A stretch of DNA of 43,191 bases from Bdellovibrionota bacterium (GCA_044356215.1 JBIKWQ010000025.1:1-43191), one strand, 5' to 3'; positions 9,134-21,686 are shown, numbered from the stretch's first letter. The notes: generated by a model not told the origin, from the letters alone. Made by a program: numbers and translations.

Positions 9134-10081
9134 TCAAAGCTTCTTTTTTTCTCGCCACCACTCTACAGCCTCTTTAAGCCTCGTATCTAAATCACTCGCT
9201 GGCGAAAACTTCACCTCTTCTCTTAGCCGCTTCACAGAGGCTACTAATCGCGCCGGCTCGCCCTGTTGTTTCGGGCGCGCTCCTAGCTTTATTAGATCTC
9301 CTCTGTCTAAGATCTCCCCTACTTTGTTTAGGACACTCGCCACAGTCACTGGATCACCTGAGGCTATATTAACGTCCCCTGTAACATCAGAATCCAACAG
9401 CGCCACAAACCCCGCCGCGACATCCCGGCTGTCCGCAAAGTCCCGGATCTGATCCCCCGCGCTCGCCAGAAACTCTGCCTCTTTTAGAAGACTTATTATC
9501 GCCGATGAAACTAGTCGCTTCTCCCCTTCTCTTGGCCCAAAGAGAAAGAAAACTCTGCCCCAAGCAGAGCTAATCTTATAGTGCTGACTTAGTGTGTTGA
9601 GGCTCTTTCTAGACGCTAGCTTTGATTGACCATAGAGTGTTAGCGGAAGAAGCTTCGACTCGCCCTCTGTTAGGAATAGATCGCTTCCCTCCCAGTCGTA
9701 CTCCGCGCACGTACCCGCCGCAACTACTCGCTTACCACCGACTTCGATAAAGTCTTGAAGTAGGATCCTGCTAGTCACGATCCAATCTAGATTATCCGGC
9801 GAGTTCCAAAATATTCCGTGTCTTGTATCCCACGCTAAATGCAGAAGGTGCGAGGCTTTGACCTTTGTAATTAAACTTGAAACTGCTTTTGTGTCGTGCA
9901 GATCGACCTGATACAAATTTACTGATGCGCCAAATTTAGCGCCTAAACTCTCCTTATCTGCTAGAGTTATCGTTCTTGTAAGGATATGCACAGTGAAGCC
10001 GCGCTTAATTAAAGGCGCTATCGTTTCTCTTCCGATAAAACCCAAACCACCAGTAACGATTACGTGCCGAGTGGCGACCAC
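9134..10081 (-). CDS. NAD-dependent epimerase/dehydratase (extended SDR, likely 4-ketoreductase)
   Basis: VTGGLGFIG, HLAW, AGTCAEY, YGQSK (YxxxK), RVFFLFGPRE. Confidence 0.9.
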   Translation of the reverse strand: MVATRHVIVTGGLGFIGRETIAPLIKRGFTVHILTRTITLADKESLGAKFGASVNLYQVDLHDTKAVSSLITKVKASHLLHLAWDTRHGIFWNSPDNLDWIVTSRILLQDFIEVGGKRVVAAGTCAEYDWEGSDLFLTEGESKLLPLTLYGQSKLASRKSLNTLSQHYKISSAWGRVFFLFGPREGEKRLVSSAIISLLKEAEFLASAGDQIRDFADSRDVAAGFVALLDSDVTGDVNIASGDPVTVASVLNKVGEILDRGDLIKLGARPKQQGEPARLVASVKRLREEVKFSPASDLDTRLKEAVEWWREKKKL

Positions 10082-10099
10082 CTTAAAAGCCTCTTCTCT

Positions 10100-10639
10100 C
10101 TAAAAACTCTCACGGACAAAGTCCGGATACGAAGCATCGCGCTCCGAGATTACTTGAGGCGCTATCGGCCAAGTGATTCCAAAAGCTGGGTCGTTCCACC
10201 TAGCTCCTGTAGCTAGTTCCGGAGCCTGCTCCTCAGACATCATATATAACAGCTCCGTGTCATCTTGAAGAGTGATAAAACCGTGCGCGCATCCAAACGG
10301 CACGATAAGCGCGCTCCTGTTTTTAGCCGAGAGATTAACACCTATCCATTTAAGAAAAGTTGGCGAGTCCTTACGTAGATCTAAAACAACATCGTAGATC
10401 TCTCCTGCCGTACACCGAATAAGCTTTACCTCTTTTGATGGAGCTTTTTGTAAGTGCATCCCTCTTAAGGTGCCCCGTTTTGTGTTGTAAGAGATGCTAC
10501 TTTGAACAAATCTCTCTGGCAGCCCGCGTTGTTTAAACTCCTGACTACAGACAGTTCTGGCAAAGAAGCCTCGATCGTCTGATTTTGGCTCTATTTCTAT
10601 TAGCCAAGCTCCAGCGATCTCTAGCTGCCGATATCTCAT
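10100..10639 (-). CDS. rfbC: NDP-4-keto-6-deoxyglucose 3,5-epimerase (RmlC/RfbC family)
   Basis: DDRGFFAR, GTLRGMH, KLIRC, DVVLDLRKDSPTF, GCAHGF, WNDP. Start placed at ATG 10639, overlapping the upstream stop (TAATG). Confidence 0.9.
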   Translation of the reverse strand: MRYRQLEIAGAWLIEIEPKSDDRGFFARTVCSQEFKQRGLPERFVQSSISYNTKRGTLRGMHLQKAPSKEVKLIRCTAGEIYDVVLDLRKDSPTFLKWIGVNLSAKNRSALIVPFGCAHGFITLQDDTELLYMMSEEQAPELATGARWNDPAFGITWPIAPQVISERDASYPDFVRESF

Positions 10640-11868
10640 TAAAACACCTGTAAGGTCGATATCGGCACCACAAACTTTCCACCCCACGAGCGGATCTCAG
10701 AGAGCTGCGCCGAGACTTCATCTTTTAAGTTCCACGGGAGGATCAACACGTAGTCAGGTTTTGTCTCAGTTATTTTATCCGGCGAATATACAGGTATATG
10801 AGTTCCCGGCGTATATAGCCCCTGCTTATGCGGATTGCGATCTGCAACGTAATCGATTAAATCACAGCGGATCCCACAATAATTTAATAGCGTATTGCCC
10901 TTTGCCGCCGCTCCGTAAGCTACGACCTTCTTCTTAGCGAATTTCGCCTCAATCAAGAATGATAGGAGCCCTCGTTTTATCGCTTCTACGTTCTCCTTAA
11001 ACTTAGGATAGGTATCGATCTCGCCTAGTCCAGCTTTAGCCTCCATCTCCCGTATCTTGGCAACTGATGGCTCTACCGGCCAGAAAGGCTTTTCGCTGTG
11101 CTGTCCGTAAACTCTGATTGATCCTCCATGTGTTGGGAGGCGCTCAACATCAAATACCATTAAGCCGTGCGCAGCGAAGATCTTCTCAACCGCGAGTAAA
11201 GAGAGATAAGAGAAGTGCTCGTGATAAATGGTGTCGAACTGGTTGTTTAATACAAGCTCCAATAGATGCGGGAATTCTAAGGTAATTACGCCCCTATCTT
11301 TTATGATAGCTTTAAGCCCCGCAGTGAAATCATTAATGTTTGGAACGTGGGCGTAGACATTATTTCCTGCGACTAGATCCGCCGCGCCCTTCTCCGCTCT
11401 AATCCTTTTCGCGGTTTGCTCACCAAAGAATACGGTCTCTGTTGGAACTCCTATCTTAATAGCTTCTTTAGCCACATTCGCCGCTGGCTCTATCCCTAAG
11501 CACGGGATCTCTCTCTCTACAAAATTCTTTAATAGGTAACCGTCATTACTCGCTACTTCTACAACAAATGAGCTTTTATCTAGCCCGAAGCGATCTACCA
11601 TCTTCGCGCTATAATTAGTGGCGTGCTTTAACCAAGTCTCTGAGTAAGAAGAGAAGTAGAGGTAATCGGAGAAGATGGCGTCAGGACTCTCAAACTCATC
11701 TAATTGAACCAGAAAGCAGTTATCACAAACAAATGCGTGTAGAGGATAGAACCGCTCCATTGATGAGAGCTTATCGGCCGCCAAAAACGAGTTGGATAAA
11801 GGGCTCATCCCAAGATCAACAAATGTTGTACTAAGAGGCTTTGAGCAGAAGCGACAATGGCAGGTCAT
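10639..11868 (-). CDS. SAM-dependent NDP-hexose C-methyltransferase
   Basis: Zinc motif CRFC...CDNC, DLGMSPLSN, EVASNDGYLL, FDTIYHEHFSY, THGGSIR, YGAAAKGNTLLNYCG, ILPWN. Confidence 0.92.
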   Translation of the reverse strand: MTCHCRFCSKPLSTTFVDLGMSPLSNSFLAADKLSSMERFYPLHAFVCDNCFLVQLDEFESPDAIFSDYLYFSSYSETWLKHATNYSAKMVDRFGLDKSSFVVEVASNDGYLLKNFVEREIPCLGIEPAANVAKEAIKIGVPTETVFFGEQTAKRIRAEKGAADLVAGNNVYAHVPNINDFTAGLKAIIKDRGVITLEFPHLLELVLNNQFDTIYHEHFSYLSLLAVEKIFAAHGLMVFDVERLPTHGGSIRVYGQHSEKPFWPVEPSVAKIREMEAKAGLGEIDTYPKFKENVEAIKRGLLSFLIEAKFAKKKVVAYGAAAKGNTLLNYCGIRCDLIDYVADRNPHKQGLYTPGTHIPVYSPDKITETKPDYVLILPWNLKDEVSAQLSEIRSWGGKFVVPISTLQVF

Positions 11869-11949
11869 AGTAATTTCTCTTTTAACTGTTTTTACGCGGA
11901 GTCTAGCTCAGAATGCGCTCCAGGAAAACGCCGGCCTGAAGAAGCTATG

Positions 11950-12717
11950 TCACCACAATTTCCACGGTGCCTTGCCAGAGTCCCACAACTCCTCTAGTTG
12001 TCGGCGATCGCGAACTGTATCCATCGGCTGCCAGAAACCTTCGTGAAAAAAAGCTTTCATCTGCCCATCTTGGGCCAATCTAGTTAATGGTTCATTCTCC
12101 CAGACGGTTAGGTCGCCCTCGATATAGTCGAAACATTTGGGAGAGAGCACAAAGAATCCGCCGTTTATATATGCCCCGTCCCCTTTTGGCTTTTCTTGAA
12201 AGTGAGTAACTAAATCCCCGCTTAAACCAAGGGCCCCAAAACGTCCTGGGGGCCTGGTCGCTGTTACTGTGCAGAGTTTTTTGTGATCTTTGTGAAATGC
12301 GATTAACTTACCTATATCTATACTTCCTAGGCCATCGCCGTATGTCATGCAGAAATCACTGGTGCCAACGTGCTGAGCAATCCTTTTTAGGCGCCCTCCT
12401 GTTTGTGACGTATCTCCTGTATCTACTAACGTAACTCTCCAAGGTTCTGATTTTACGTTGTGAACCTCCATCTCTCCGCGCAGAACATCGATAGTGATAT
12501 CTGAGGTGTGCAGGAAATAATTGGCGAAATACTCCTTAATCATGTACCCCTTGTAGCCGGTACAGATTACAAACTCGTTTAAGCCAAACGATGAGTAGAG
12601 CTTCATTATGTGCCAGAGGATCGGACGTCCTCCGATCTCTACCATCGGTTTCGGTCGCACGGCGGTCTCTTCGCTAAGCCGCGTGCCTAAACCTCCCGCT
12701 AGGATTACAACCTTCAT
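11950..12717 (-). CDS. rfbF: Glucose-1-phosphate cytidylyltransferase
   Basis: ILAGGLGTRLSEET, PKPMVEIGGRPILWHIMK, TGGRLKR, TYGDG, INGGFF, FWQPMDT, APWKLW. Confidence 0.95.
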   Translation of the reverse strand: MKVVILAGGLGTRLSEETAVRPKPMVEIGGRPILWHIMKLYSSFGLNEFVICTGYKGYMIKEYFANYFLHTSDITIDVLRGEMEVHNVKSEPWRVTLVDTGDTSQTGGRLKRIAQHVGTSDFCMTYGDGLGSIDIGKLIAFHKDHKKLCTVTATRPPGRFGALGLSGDLVTHFQEKPKGDGAYINGGFFVLSPKCFDYIEGDLTVWENEPLTRLAQDGQMKAFFHEGFWQPMDTVRDRRQLEELWDSGKAPWKLW

Positions 12718-12942
12718 GAAGATCCTTAGTTCTAAAATTTAATGGGAGCAGTAACTTTTGCCATGCTCCTATACCTTTTGTACTACGAAGGTGGATGCTC
12801 TAAGAAGCTGATAAGTTTCGGAAAATCAGCTTCCTGCGAGAACCGTGTTTTGTGGGCTGGAGATAGCCTGGGGATAAAGGGATAAGATAGGTTGATTTTA
12901 GGGGTGTTTGTCGGTCGTTATGACCGCTTTAATTAACATGTG

Positions 12943-13005
12943 TTTCAATAGGTTAAGTACATTTTCCACATATTATTAACGTTGCTGTGAATTGTCTGTG
13001 GATAA
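12943..13005. promoter_or_regulatory. Secondary DnaA-box cluster with IHF-like site
   Basis: ttttccaca (12962-12970, 1 mismatch), tgtgaattg (12986-12994, degenerate), perfect tgtggataa (12997-13005); TTTCAA-N4-TTA at 12943-12955. Confidence 0.5.
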
Positions 13006-13174
13006 GTTGGTAAAGCCAGCATCTCCCATGTGGGCGCGCGCCTGCACTTAGACGTAAACGTTCCCGAATTCAGCGTTAGATAGAAAACAGAGATAAGTCT
13101 TCACAGAGAGGGGAAGGTATAAGCCGCGCCGTATATCTTTCCTCTCTACTACTACTTGTGGGAATAGTTACCCC

Positions 13175-13204
13175 AAAAAAAAGGGCCACCCTAAAGGCAG
13201 CCCT
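13175..13204 (-). terminator. Intrinsic terminator of atpB-atpE
   Basis: Minus strand AGGGCTGCC-tttag-GGTGGCCCT followed by a long T run, ~30 nt after the atpE stop. Confidence 0.85.
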
Positions 13205-13236
13205 CTTTATTATTAGCTTTTAAAGCCTTTCTGGAA

Positions 13237-13560
13237 TTACATCCGGAAAGCGATAACGAAAGCCAAGATCACTAGGGACTCAATAAGAGCCATTCCAAGG
13301 ATCATAGGAGTTAGGAGCTTACCACCAACTGATGGGTTGCGGCCGAAGGACTCAAGCATTGAGCCTACTACCTTGCCCTGTCCGAGAGCTCCACCAACCA
13401 CAGCCATACCGATAGCAAGTCCGGCACCGAGTGGAGCCAAGCTTGAACTTCCAACATTTGCCGCTTCCTCTGCTACTGCGCTAGCTACTGGAGCCAAAGC
13501 GCTTACGGCTACTGCCGAGATAACTGGGAGTTTCGCCAACATTTTACGTGCTATTTTCAT
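13237..13560 (-). CDS. atpE: ATP synthase F0 subunit c
   Basis: GGALGQG, RNP loop, LIESLVI; N-terminal signal-peptide-like extension; RBS aaggag. Confidence 0.93.
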   Translation of the reverse strand: MKIARKMLAKLPVISAVAVSALAPVASAVAEEAANVGSSSLAPLGAGLAIGMAVVGGALGQGKVVGSMLESFGRNPSVGGKLLTPMILGMALIESLVILAFVIAFRM

Positions 13561-13627
13561 CTTTTTCTCCTTATTACAAAATCAATTGCTACAAAAATTT
13601 TTTACAACAACCCTTTGTGACCACTTT

Positions 13628-14356
13628 TTAGTGGTGCTCTTCGCCTTCCTCATGCTGAGTTGCCAGCATTATATATATCATTGTGAGGATCGTTGGAACA
13701 AAGGCCTGCATAAAACAGACAAATGTTCCTAAGACGTAGAACACTATCGGTGCGATAACCGGAACTAGGTCGGTAAATACCCCCAAGACCACGTGGTCAG
13801 CGGAAACGTTCCAATAAAGACGGAGGTTTAGGGTGAGTATCCTTAAAAAAGTTCCCATTACCTCAAGCACAAATATAAGAGGAGCTAACCACCATATTGG
13901 CCCGGCAAAGTGCTTTAGGTAGTTAACAATCCCATGCTCCTTAATTCCGTGGTAGTTAAAGGCAAAGAATATAAATACTGCTACAGGAACTGTCGTCCAC
14001 ACACTTGTTGTGGCCGCTGGAACTCCTGGGATTAAGCCTATTAGATTGAGAATTAGGGTGAAGAAGAAAACTGTTGCTGTTATAGGAAGATACTTACGCC
14101 CATCTTTTCCAAGCACAGAATCTTGAAAGCCAACAAAGCCTTCTACTAAAAGGTCCGCTATTCCCGCGAGCGTAATCTTCTCTTCTGGAACAACCCCACT
14201 CTGAGATCCCAAACGATTGCGGCGCTTAGCTAGGGTAGTCGCGCACTTAGAACCGAAATAAACGAGGGCGCACGCAACTACAGCAGCTGTAAGAAGCTTC
14301 TGATGATTTGCGTCTGTTAGCCCCAGTGAATGAAGATATGTGTAGTGGTTTTCCAT
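13628..14356 (-). CDS. atpB: ATP synthase F0 subunit a
   Basis: NLIGLIPG..AAT, YLKHF.GP, RILTLNLRLYWN (essential Arg), QAFV.TILT.IYI. Confidence 0.93.
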   Translation of the reverse strand: MENHYTYLHSLGLTDANHQKLLTAAVVACALVYFGSKCATTLAKRRNRLGSQSGVVPEEKITLAGIADLLVEGFVGFQDSVLGKDGRKYLPITATVFFFTLILNLIGLIPGVPAATTSVWTTVPVAVFIFFAFNYHGIKEHGIVNYLKHFAGPIWWLAPLIFVLEVMGTFLRILTLNLRLYWNVSADHVVLGVFTDLVPVIAPIVFYVLGTFVCFMQAFVPTILTMIYIMLATQHEEGEEHH

Positions 14357-14609
14357 AAGCGCTTTTTAGGCGCCAAAGATATATAAGATTTTGGCGGCGA
14401 AGGCAAATATCAAGAATCGCTTATCGGTCCGATCTACGACCTGTGGACTCTTTGTTTAACTAACTTAAAATAAAAGATTTTTCGCTTAGCCTTTCTTTTA
14501 AAATTTTTGGCTTTGATTCTTGTAAAATTCTCCGCTCGTACTATAACCACTCACTCTGAAGCGCTTGATGAGCGCCTTAAGAAGAAGCCTTATCTCTTTT
14601 CGAGGTTAA

Positions 14610-16175
14610 ATGAGTCAACAAGGGGAGCCAAACGATCTTGGCCAAATAGAACCTGGCGCTGAGATAGCGTCTGATGGTTCATTAGTGGACCCCGGCTCCG
14701 CGCTTCCCGTTGATCAATGTTGGGCTCTCGCTGTTGCCGATCTCTGCAAAAATACAAACCAACACATCGTTGCTGCTTATATCGAACCTCTAGAGTTAGA
14801 TATTGAGCAATCGTCTATCTCTAATGTTGTTGTTCGTGGCCCATCTAGATTAATCTGCAACTATGTATCTTCTCGCTACTCCGCTCCGCTGCGCGAGAAA
14901 CTGGCGTTTTTCGCGCAAAATCCCTCTATAACTCTTGATATATTGCCTGTTGATAAAAACTTATCGCTTTCTAAAATAGACTCTTCTGATGACTATAATA
15001 GGCAAGGCAGTCAGGGCGCTCCTTATGTTGTGAAGAGAGTCCGCGCTAACTCAGAGGAGGGAGCAAGGACCAACCCCGATCAATCGCAAATTGGCACTGT
15101 CAGCTCTCCGAACTCCTCTAGTTCGTCTACGACCTCTCCTCTTGAGGGAGATGTCTATAACAACATCAATCCTCGCTACACGTTCGCTGACTTCGTCGTA
15201 GGAAATTCAAATCAATTCTGTCACGCCGCTGCTATGCGTGTCGCTGAGAAGCCAGGCCAGAGCTACAATCCTCTTTTTATCTATGGAGGTGTCGGGCTTG
15301 GAAAAACGCATCTTCTCCATGCGATTGGAAATTCAGTACTTGAGCGCTCACCAAGCTCAAAGGTTCTCTATATGTCCTCGGAGACATTCACTAACGAGCT
15401 CATCTTGGCCCTTCGTTACGCCAAAATGGAGGAGTTTAAGCGCAAACTTAGAGCAATCGAGGTTTTGCTAATCGACGATATTCAATTTATTAGCGGTAAA
15501 GAGCGCACCCAGGAGGAGTTTTTCCACACATTTAACGCCCTTTATAGCGCAAAACGGCAGATAGTTATTACTTCAGATAAGATTCCGACTGATATCCCTG
15601 GAATAGAAGAGCGGTTGCAAACAAGATTCTCTTGGGGGCTTACCGCAGACTTACAGGCTCCTGACTTTGAGACCCGCGTTGCGATCCTTAAACAGAAAGC
15701 TTTATTGGAGCAGTTTAATTTACCTCATGAGGTAAGCCATCTTATCGCGGAACGGATCTCCTCTAATGTTAGAGAGCTTGAGGGCGCTCTTACCAGACTT
15801 CATGCGATGAGCTCAATTCAGAGCGTACCCATATCTTTAGAGATGGCCAAAACAGCGCTTAAGCCACTTCTTCAACCAAAAGTTGTTAACGTAACAGTGG
15901 ACGATATTAAAAAGGCCGTATCAAACCATTTCAATATAAAGGTCACAGAGATAGTCTCAAAGCGCCGAACCAAGAACCTCTCTTTCCCAAGACACATCGC
16001 AATGTACCTCTGTCGTAAGCACACCACGGCTTCCTATCCCGAGATAGGAGAGCACTTTGGCGGACGTGATCATTCGAGCGTTATTCACGCTGCCAGTGTT
16101 GTTTCTGGAAAGTTATCAACAGATCTTAAGGTAAAAGAGATTATCGATAGTATTGAGAAGATAATCTTCGGTTAA
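14610..16175 (+). CDS. dnaA: Chromosomal replication initiator DnaA
   Basis: YNPLFIYGGVGLGKTHLL, LLIDDIQF, QEEFFHTFN, NVRELEGAL, FGGRDHSSV. Confidence 0.98.
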   Translation: MSQQGEPNDLGQIEPGAEIASDGSLVDPGSALPVDQCWALAVADLCKNTNQHIVAAYIEPLELDIEQSSISNVVVRGPSRLICNYVSSRYSAPLREKLAFFAQNPSITLDILPVDKNLSLSKIDSSDDYNRQGSQGAPYVVKRVRANSEEGARTNPDQSQIGTVSSPNSSSSSTTSPLEGDVYNNINPRYTFADFVVGNSNQFCHAAAMRVAEKPGQSYNPLFIYGGVGLGKTHLLHAIGNSVLERSPSSKVLYMSSETFTNELILALRYAKMEEFKRKLRAIEVLLIDDIQFISGKERTQEEFFHTFNALYSAKRQIVITSDKIPTDIPGIEERLQTRFSWGLTADLQAPDFETRVAILKQKALLEQFNLPHEVSHLIAERISSNVRELEGALTRLHAMSSIQSVPISLEMAKTALKPLLQPKVVNVTVDDIKKAVSNHFNIKVTEIVSKRRTKNLSFPRHIAMYLCRKHTTASYPEIGEHFGGRDHSSVIHAASVVSGKLSTDLKVKEIIDSIEKIIFG

Positions 16176-16186
16176 CAATCTAATTA

Positions 16187-16647
16187 AAACAAATACTTAT
16201 ATTATTTACCAACATCTTTTGCCGGGGTGTTGATTTCTGTGTTTTTCGTTCTTTTGGACAGGTTTTCCACAGGGTTATCCCGCTCATTCTACAAAGAGGA
16301 TCCGCCGCGGTTTTCATTTTATCCACAGCCTTTGTGGATAACCTCGGCATAACCTGTTACTTGTCTGGTAGAGAGCTCTTTTTTAGCTCATTTCCTGTTA
16401 GTGCTTGTATTTTTTTTGATTTACACCTGTTGATAAACATGTGGATAAATTGTTGCGAGCCTGTGTAGATCTCTTCTCTTTTGTGGTTATCTTCTGTGCC
16501 TGTTAGTAACTCTGAAAATTATCACTAGGTTTCTCACAGATTTTTAGTACTGCTTTTCTCAAAAAAATCTGCTTTTTAAGTTGCTTTTCCCCAGATATCC
16601 GCCTTACTAATTACTATTCACTATATATATTTATAATTTAATAAATA
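16187..16647. other. Replication origin oriC (dnaA-dnaN intergenic region)
   Basis: Perfect DnaA boxes at 16319-16327, 16333-16341, 16440-16448; near matches at 16263-16271, 16428-16436, 16482-16490; IHF-like AAACAA-N4-TTA at 16187-16199; AT-rich tract with tta/cta trio-like repeats at ~16603-16647. Confidence 0.85.
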
Positions 16648-16666
16648 CAGCCGGAAAGAAAACGAT

Positions 16667-17827
16667 ATGGAGATCACGTTACCAAAATCAGAGTTAGCAA
16701 AACTTCTTCACTTAACTTTAGCGATCGCCGAGAAAAAAACAACGATGCCGATCTTAGGCAATCTGTTGCTTAACGCGGAGGAAGGAACGTTAAAGGTTAC
16801 GGCAAGTGATGTAGAGGTAACCGCGGTTGCCACAACGAAGGCGACGGTGAAGAAGAAAGGATCGATCACTGTAGCAGCGAAGATGTTTGGTGATCTAGTT
16901 CGTGAGTTACCCGATGTCGATGTAACGGTAAAAGTAGGCGAGCGTGACCGAGTAGAGGTGATCGCGGGAAGCTCTAAGTTAAAGATAATGGGAGTGAGCG
17001 CCGCGGAGTATCCAATTCCTAACAGTGTAGCTCTCTCAACTAAGTGCAAGATCGCTGCGCCAACTCTTGTTGAGATGATCAACAAAACTCTTTACGCGGT
17101 GTCTCTCGATGAGGGACGTTACAACATGAATGGTGTCTGTGTAGAGTTTGTTAAAGACGGCAAGAAAACCGCTTTGAGAATGGTCGCCACAGACGGACAC
17201 AGGCTAGCGCTTATTACGCGTCCTCTTGAAGGAGTAGAGTTTACAAGCCTCGTCGCTAAAGGAGAAAATAGAAAAGAAGGTGAGGTAGATCACGTTATAG
17301 TTCCGCGCAAAGGATTATCAGAGATCCGCAAGGCGCTCGAAACTGCGGGAGACGTTCCGGTTGGAGTTGATGTGATCAGTGGATTCTTAGTAGTAGAGGG
17401 AAGTTCTTGGAAATTAGTGGCGCAGCTTCTAGACAGTGAGTTTCCAAACTACGAGCAGGTGTTACCAAAAGCGGAAGGCGTCAAGGTAGTCGCTCTTAGT
17501 TCACAATTATCTCAAGCTCTAAAGCGCGTGTCCTTAGTGGTGAGCGATAAGAACAAAGGAGTCAGGTTAGATTTCTTTAATAACTTGCTAAGAATTTCTA
17601 GCTCCTCACCAGAGGTCGGAGAAGCTCAAGAGGAGCTAGAGGTTCAGTACAAGGGACGCGATATATCAGTTGGATTCAACGCACGTTACATCATCGATGC
17701 GTTAGCGACAGTTGGAGAGAACCAGCCATTTATATTTGAGCTCTCAGGAGACGCGGGTCCAGGAAAGATGTACGCCGAGTCCGATGAGTCGGCTATCGGG
17801 ATCGTGATGCCACTTAGGTTAGATTAA
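16667..17827 (+). CDS. dnaN: DNA polymerase III beta clamp
   Basis: TMPILGNLL, MVATDGHRLA, IVPRKGL, FPNYEQVLP, GFNARY, IVMPLRL. Confidence 0.97.
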   Translation: MEITLPKSELAKLLHLTLAIAEKKTTMPILGNLLLNAEEGTLKVTASDVEVTAVATTKATVKKKGSITVAAKMFGDLVRELPDVDVTVKVGERDRVEVIAGSSKLKIMGVSAAEYPIPNSVALSTKCKIAAPTLVEMINKTLYAVSLDEGRYNMNGVCVEFVKDGKKTALRMVATDGHRLALITRPLEGVEFTSLVAKGENRKEGEVDHVIVPRKGLSEIRKALETAGDVPVGVDVISGFLVVEGSSWKLVAQLLDSEFPNYEQVLPKAEGVKVVALSSQLSQALKRVSLVVSDKNKGVRLDFFNNLLRISSSSPEVGEAQEELEVQYKGRDISVGFNARYIIDALATVGENQPFIFELSGDAGPGKMYAESDESAIGIVMPLRLD

Positions 17828-17840
17828 GAGAGAGTAACTT

Positions 17841-18938
17841 TTGTACCTCTCAAAGCTTAAAGTTTACAACTTTAGAAACCTAAGCGATCAAACTATAGAG
17901 CTAAAGAATGGGCCGGTGTACATCACCGGCCTAAACGGAAACGGAAAAACAAATCTAGTCGAGGCTCTTTACTTACTATCGGGCTCGCGCTCATTTAGGA
18001 CTAACTCACAGAGTGAGCTAGTTAAGTGGGGACACAAAGAGGCCTCGGTATTCGGAACCGTTAAGACAAAAGACTCTTCAGTAGAACTAGGGATCGCTCT
18101 TACACCAGGTCAAAGAAGCGCCTTTAAGAACGGATCTGAGCTTAAATCAGTAGCCGAGTTGGTGGGAGAGTGCAGCGTAGTTGCTTTCTCTCCGGCGGAG
18201 CTGGCACTTGTTAAGGGCGCCCCAGCAGGCAGGAGGAAGTTTTTAGACCGGCACATGGTAGACCTCCAACCGGCTTTTTTAAGTCTCTTAATGGGCTACC
18301 AGAGGGCCTTAGAGTGCAAATCAGCGTTGCTGAAGGAACCTGGAGTAGATCCGCGGCAGCTAGAGCCTTGGAATAGATTGCTTGCGGAAAGCGGTGGAAA
18401 AATTGTTGATAACAGGCTTAACTTTATAAAATTATTAAGTGAAAAAGCTGGGGTTTTTCATTCTGAGTTCGCCCAGGCGGACGGAAAGCTCGAGCTGAAG
18501 TTAGAATCTGAGCTTTTATCTTCAGAAGGCGAGATTAATAGCTCCCGAATTGAACAAGAGCTAAACCGGATCTCAGGGCGCGAGATAGCGCTTAGATCGT
18601 GTTTGTTTGGACCACACAGAGATGACCTATCAATCTCTATCGGCGGAGTGGATAGCAGAGCCTACGCCTCACAGGGGCAAACTCGCAGCATCGTTTTGGC
18701 CTTGAAATTGGGGGTAATTGAGCTTTTAGAGGAGAGACTAGGAGAGTCGCCGATTATTATACTCGATGACGTTGATTCTGAACTCGATCCGGCGCGAAGG
18801 GAGAGGCTCTTTAAAGCCCTAGCAAAGGGGGAGCGACAGATATTTATAACAGGCACAGGAGAGCCACCAGAAGAGCTTGGCAGATCAGATGAGCAGCGAG
18901 CGCAGAGAATAGAAATTAAATATGGGGGCATTTGTTAA
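17841..18938 (+). CDS. recF: DNA replication/repair protein RecF
   Basis: NFRN, GLNGNGKTNLVEA, SFRT, RRKFLD, GPHRDDL, ASQGQTR, LDDVDSELD. Confidence 0.96.
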   Translation: MYLSKLKVYNFRNLSDQTIELKNGPVYITGLNGNGKTNLVEALYLLSGSRSFRTNSQSELVKWGHKEASVFGTVKTKDSSVELGIALTPGQRSAFKNGSELKSVAELVGECSVVAFSPAELALVKGAPAGRRKFLDRHMVDLQPAFLSLLMGYQRALECKSALLKEPGVDPRQLEPWNRLLAESGGKIVDNRLNFIKLLSEKAGVFHSEFAQADGKLELKLESELLSSEGEINSSRIEQELNRISGREIALRSCLFGPHRDDLSISIGGVDSRAYASQGQTRSIVLALKLGVIELLEERLGESPIIILDDVDSELDPARRERLFKALAKGERQIFITGTGEPPEELGRSDEQRAQRIEIKYGGIC

Positions 18939-19139
18939 GATAAAATAATAGGTTATCTATGTTTTACCGGGCTTATCAACAGGCGCTTAATAACCCATAA
19001 ATCAAGCTCCAAAAATCACCATATAAAAGCAAATAAAAACAGCTACTTATAATCTCACAAAAGCCGTTCTTTCCTCTTTGCTAAAAGGATCTAACTAGCC
19101 TACAATATTGCGGATCGCGGCGATTTAAAGAGCCGTTAA

Positions 19140-21593
<2,454 letters not shown>

Positions 21594-21686
21594 TATAAAC
21601 CCCGCTCTCATCCATTTTTTCAAAAATGAATGAGGCTGGTTTTAGTAAGGAGCGCTCTCGCCGGTGGGGCCTTTTCAGGTTACAAG

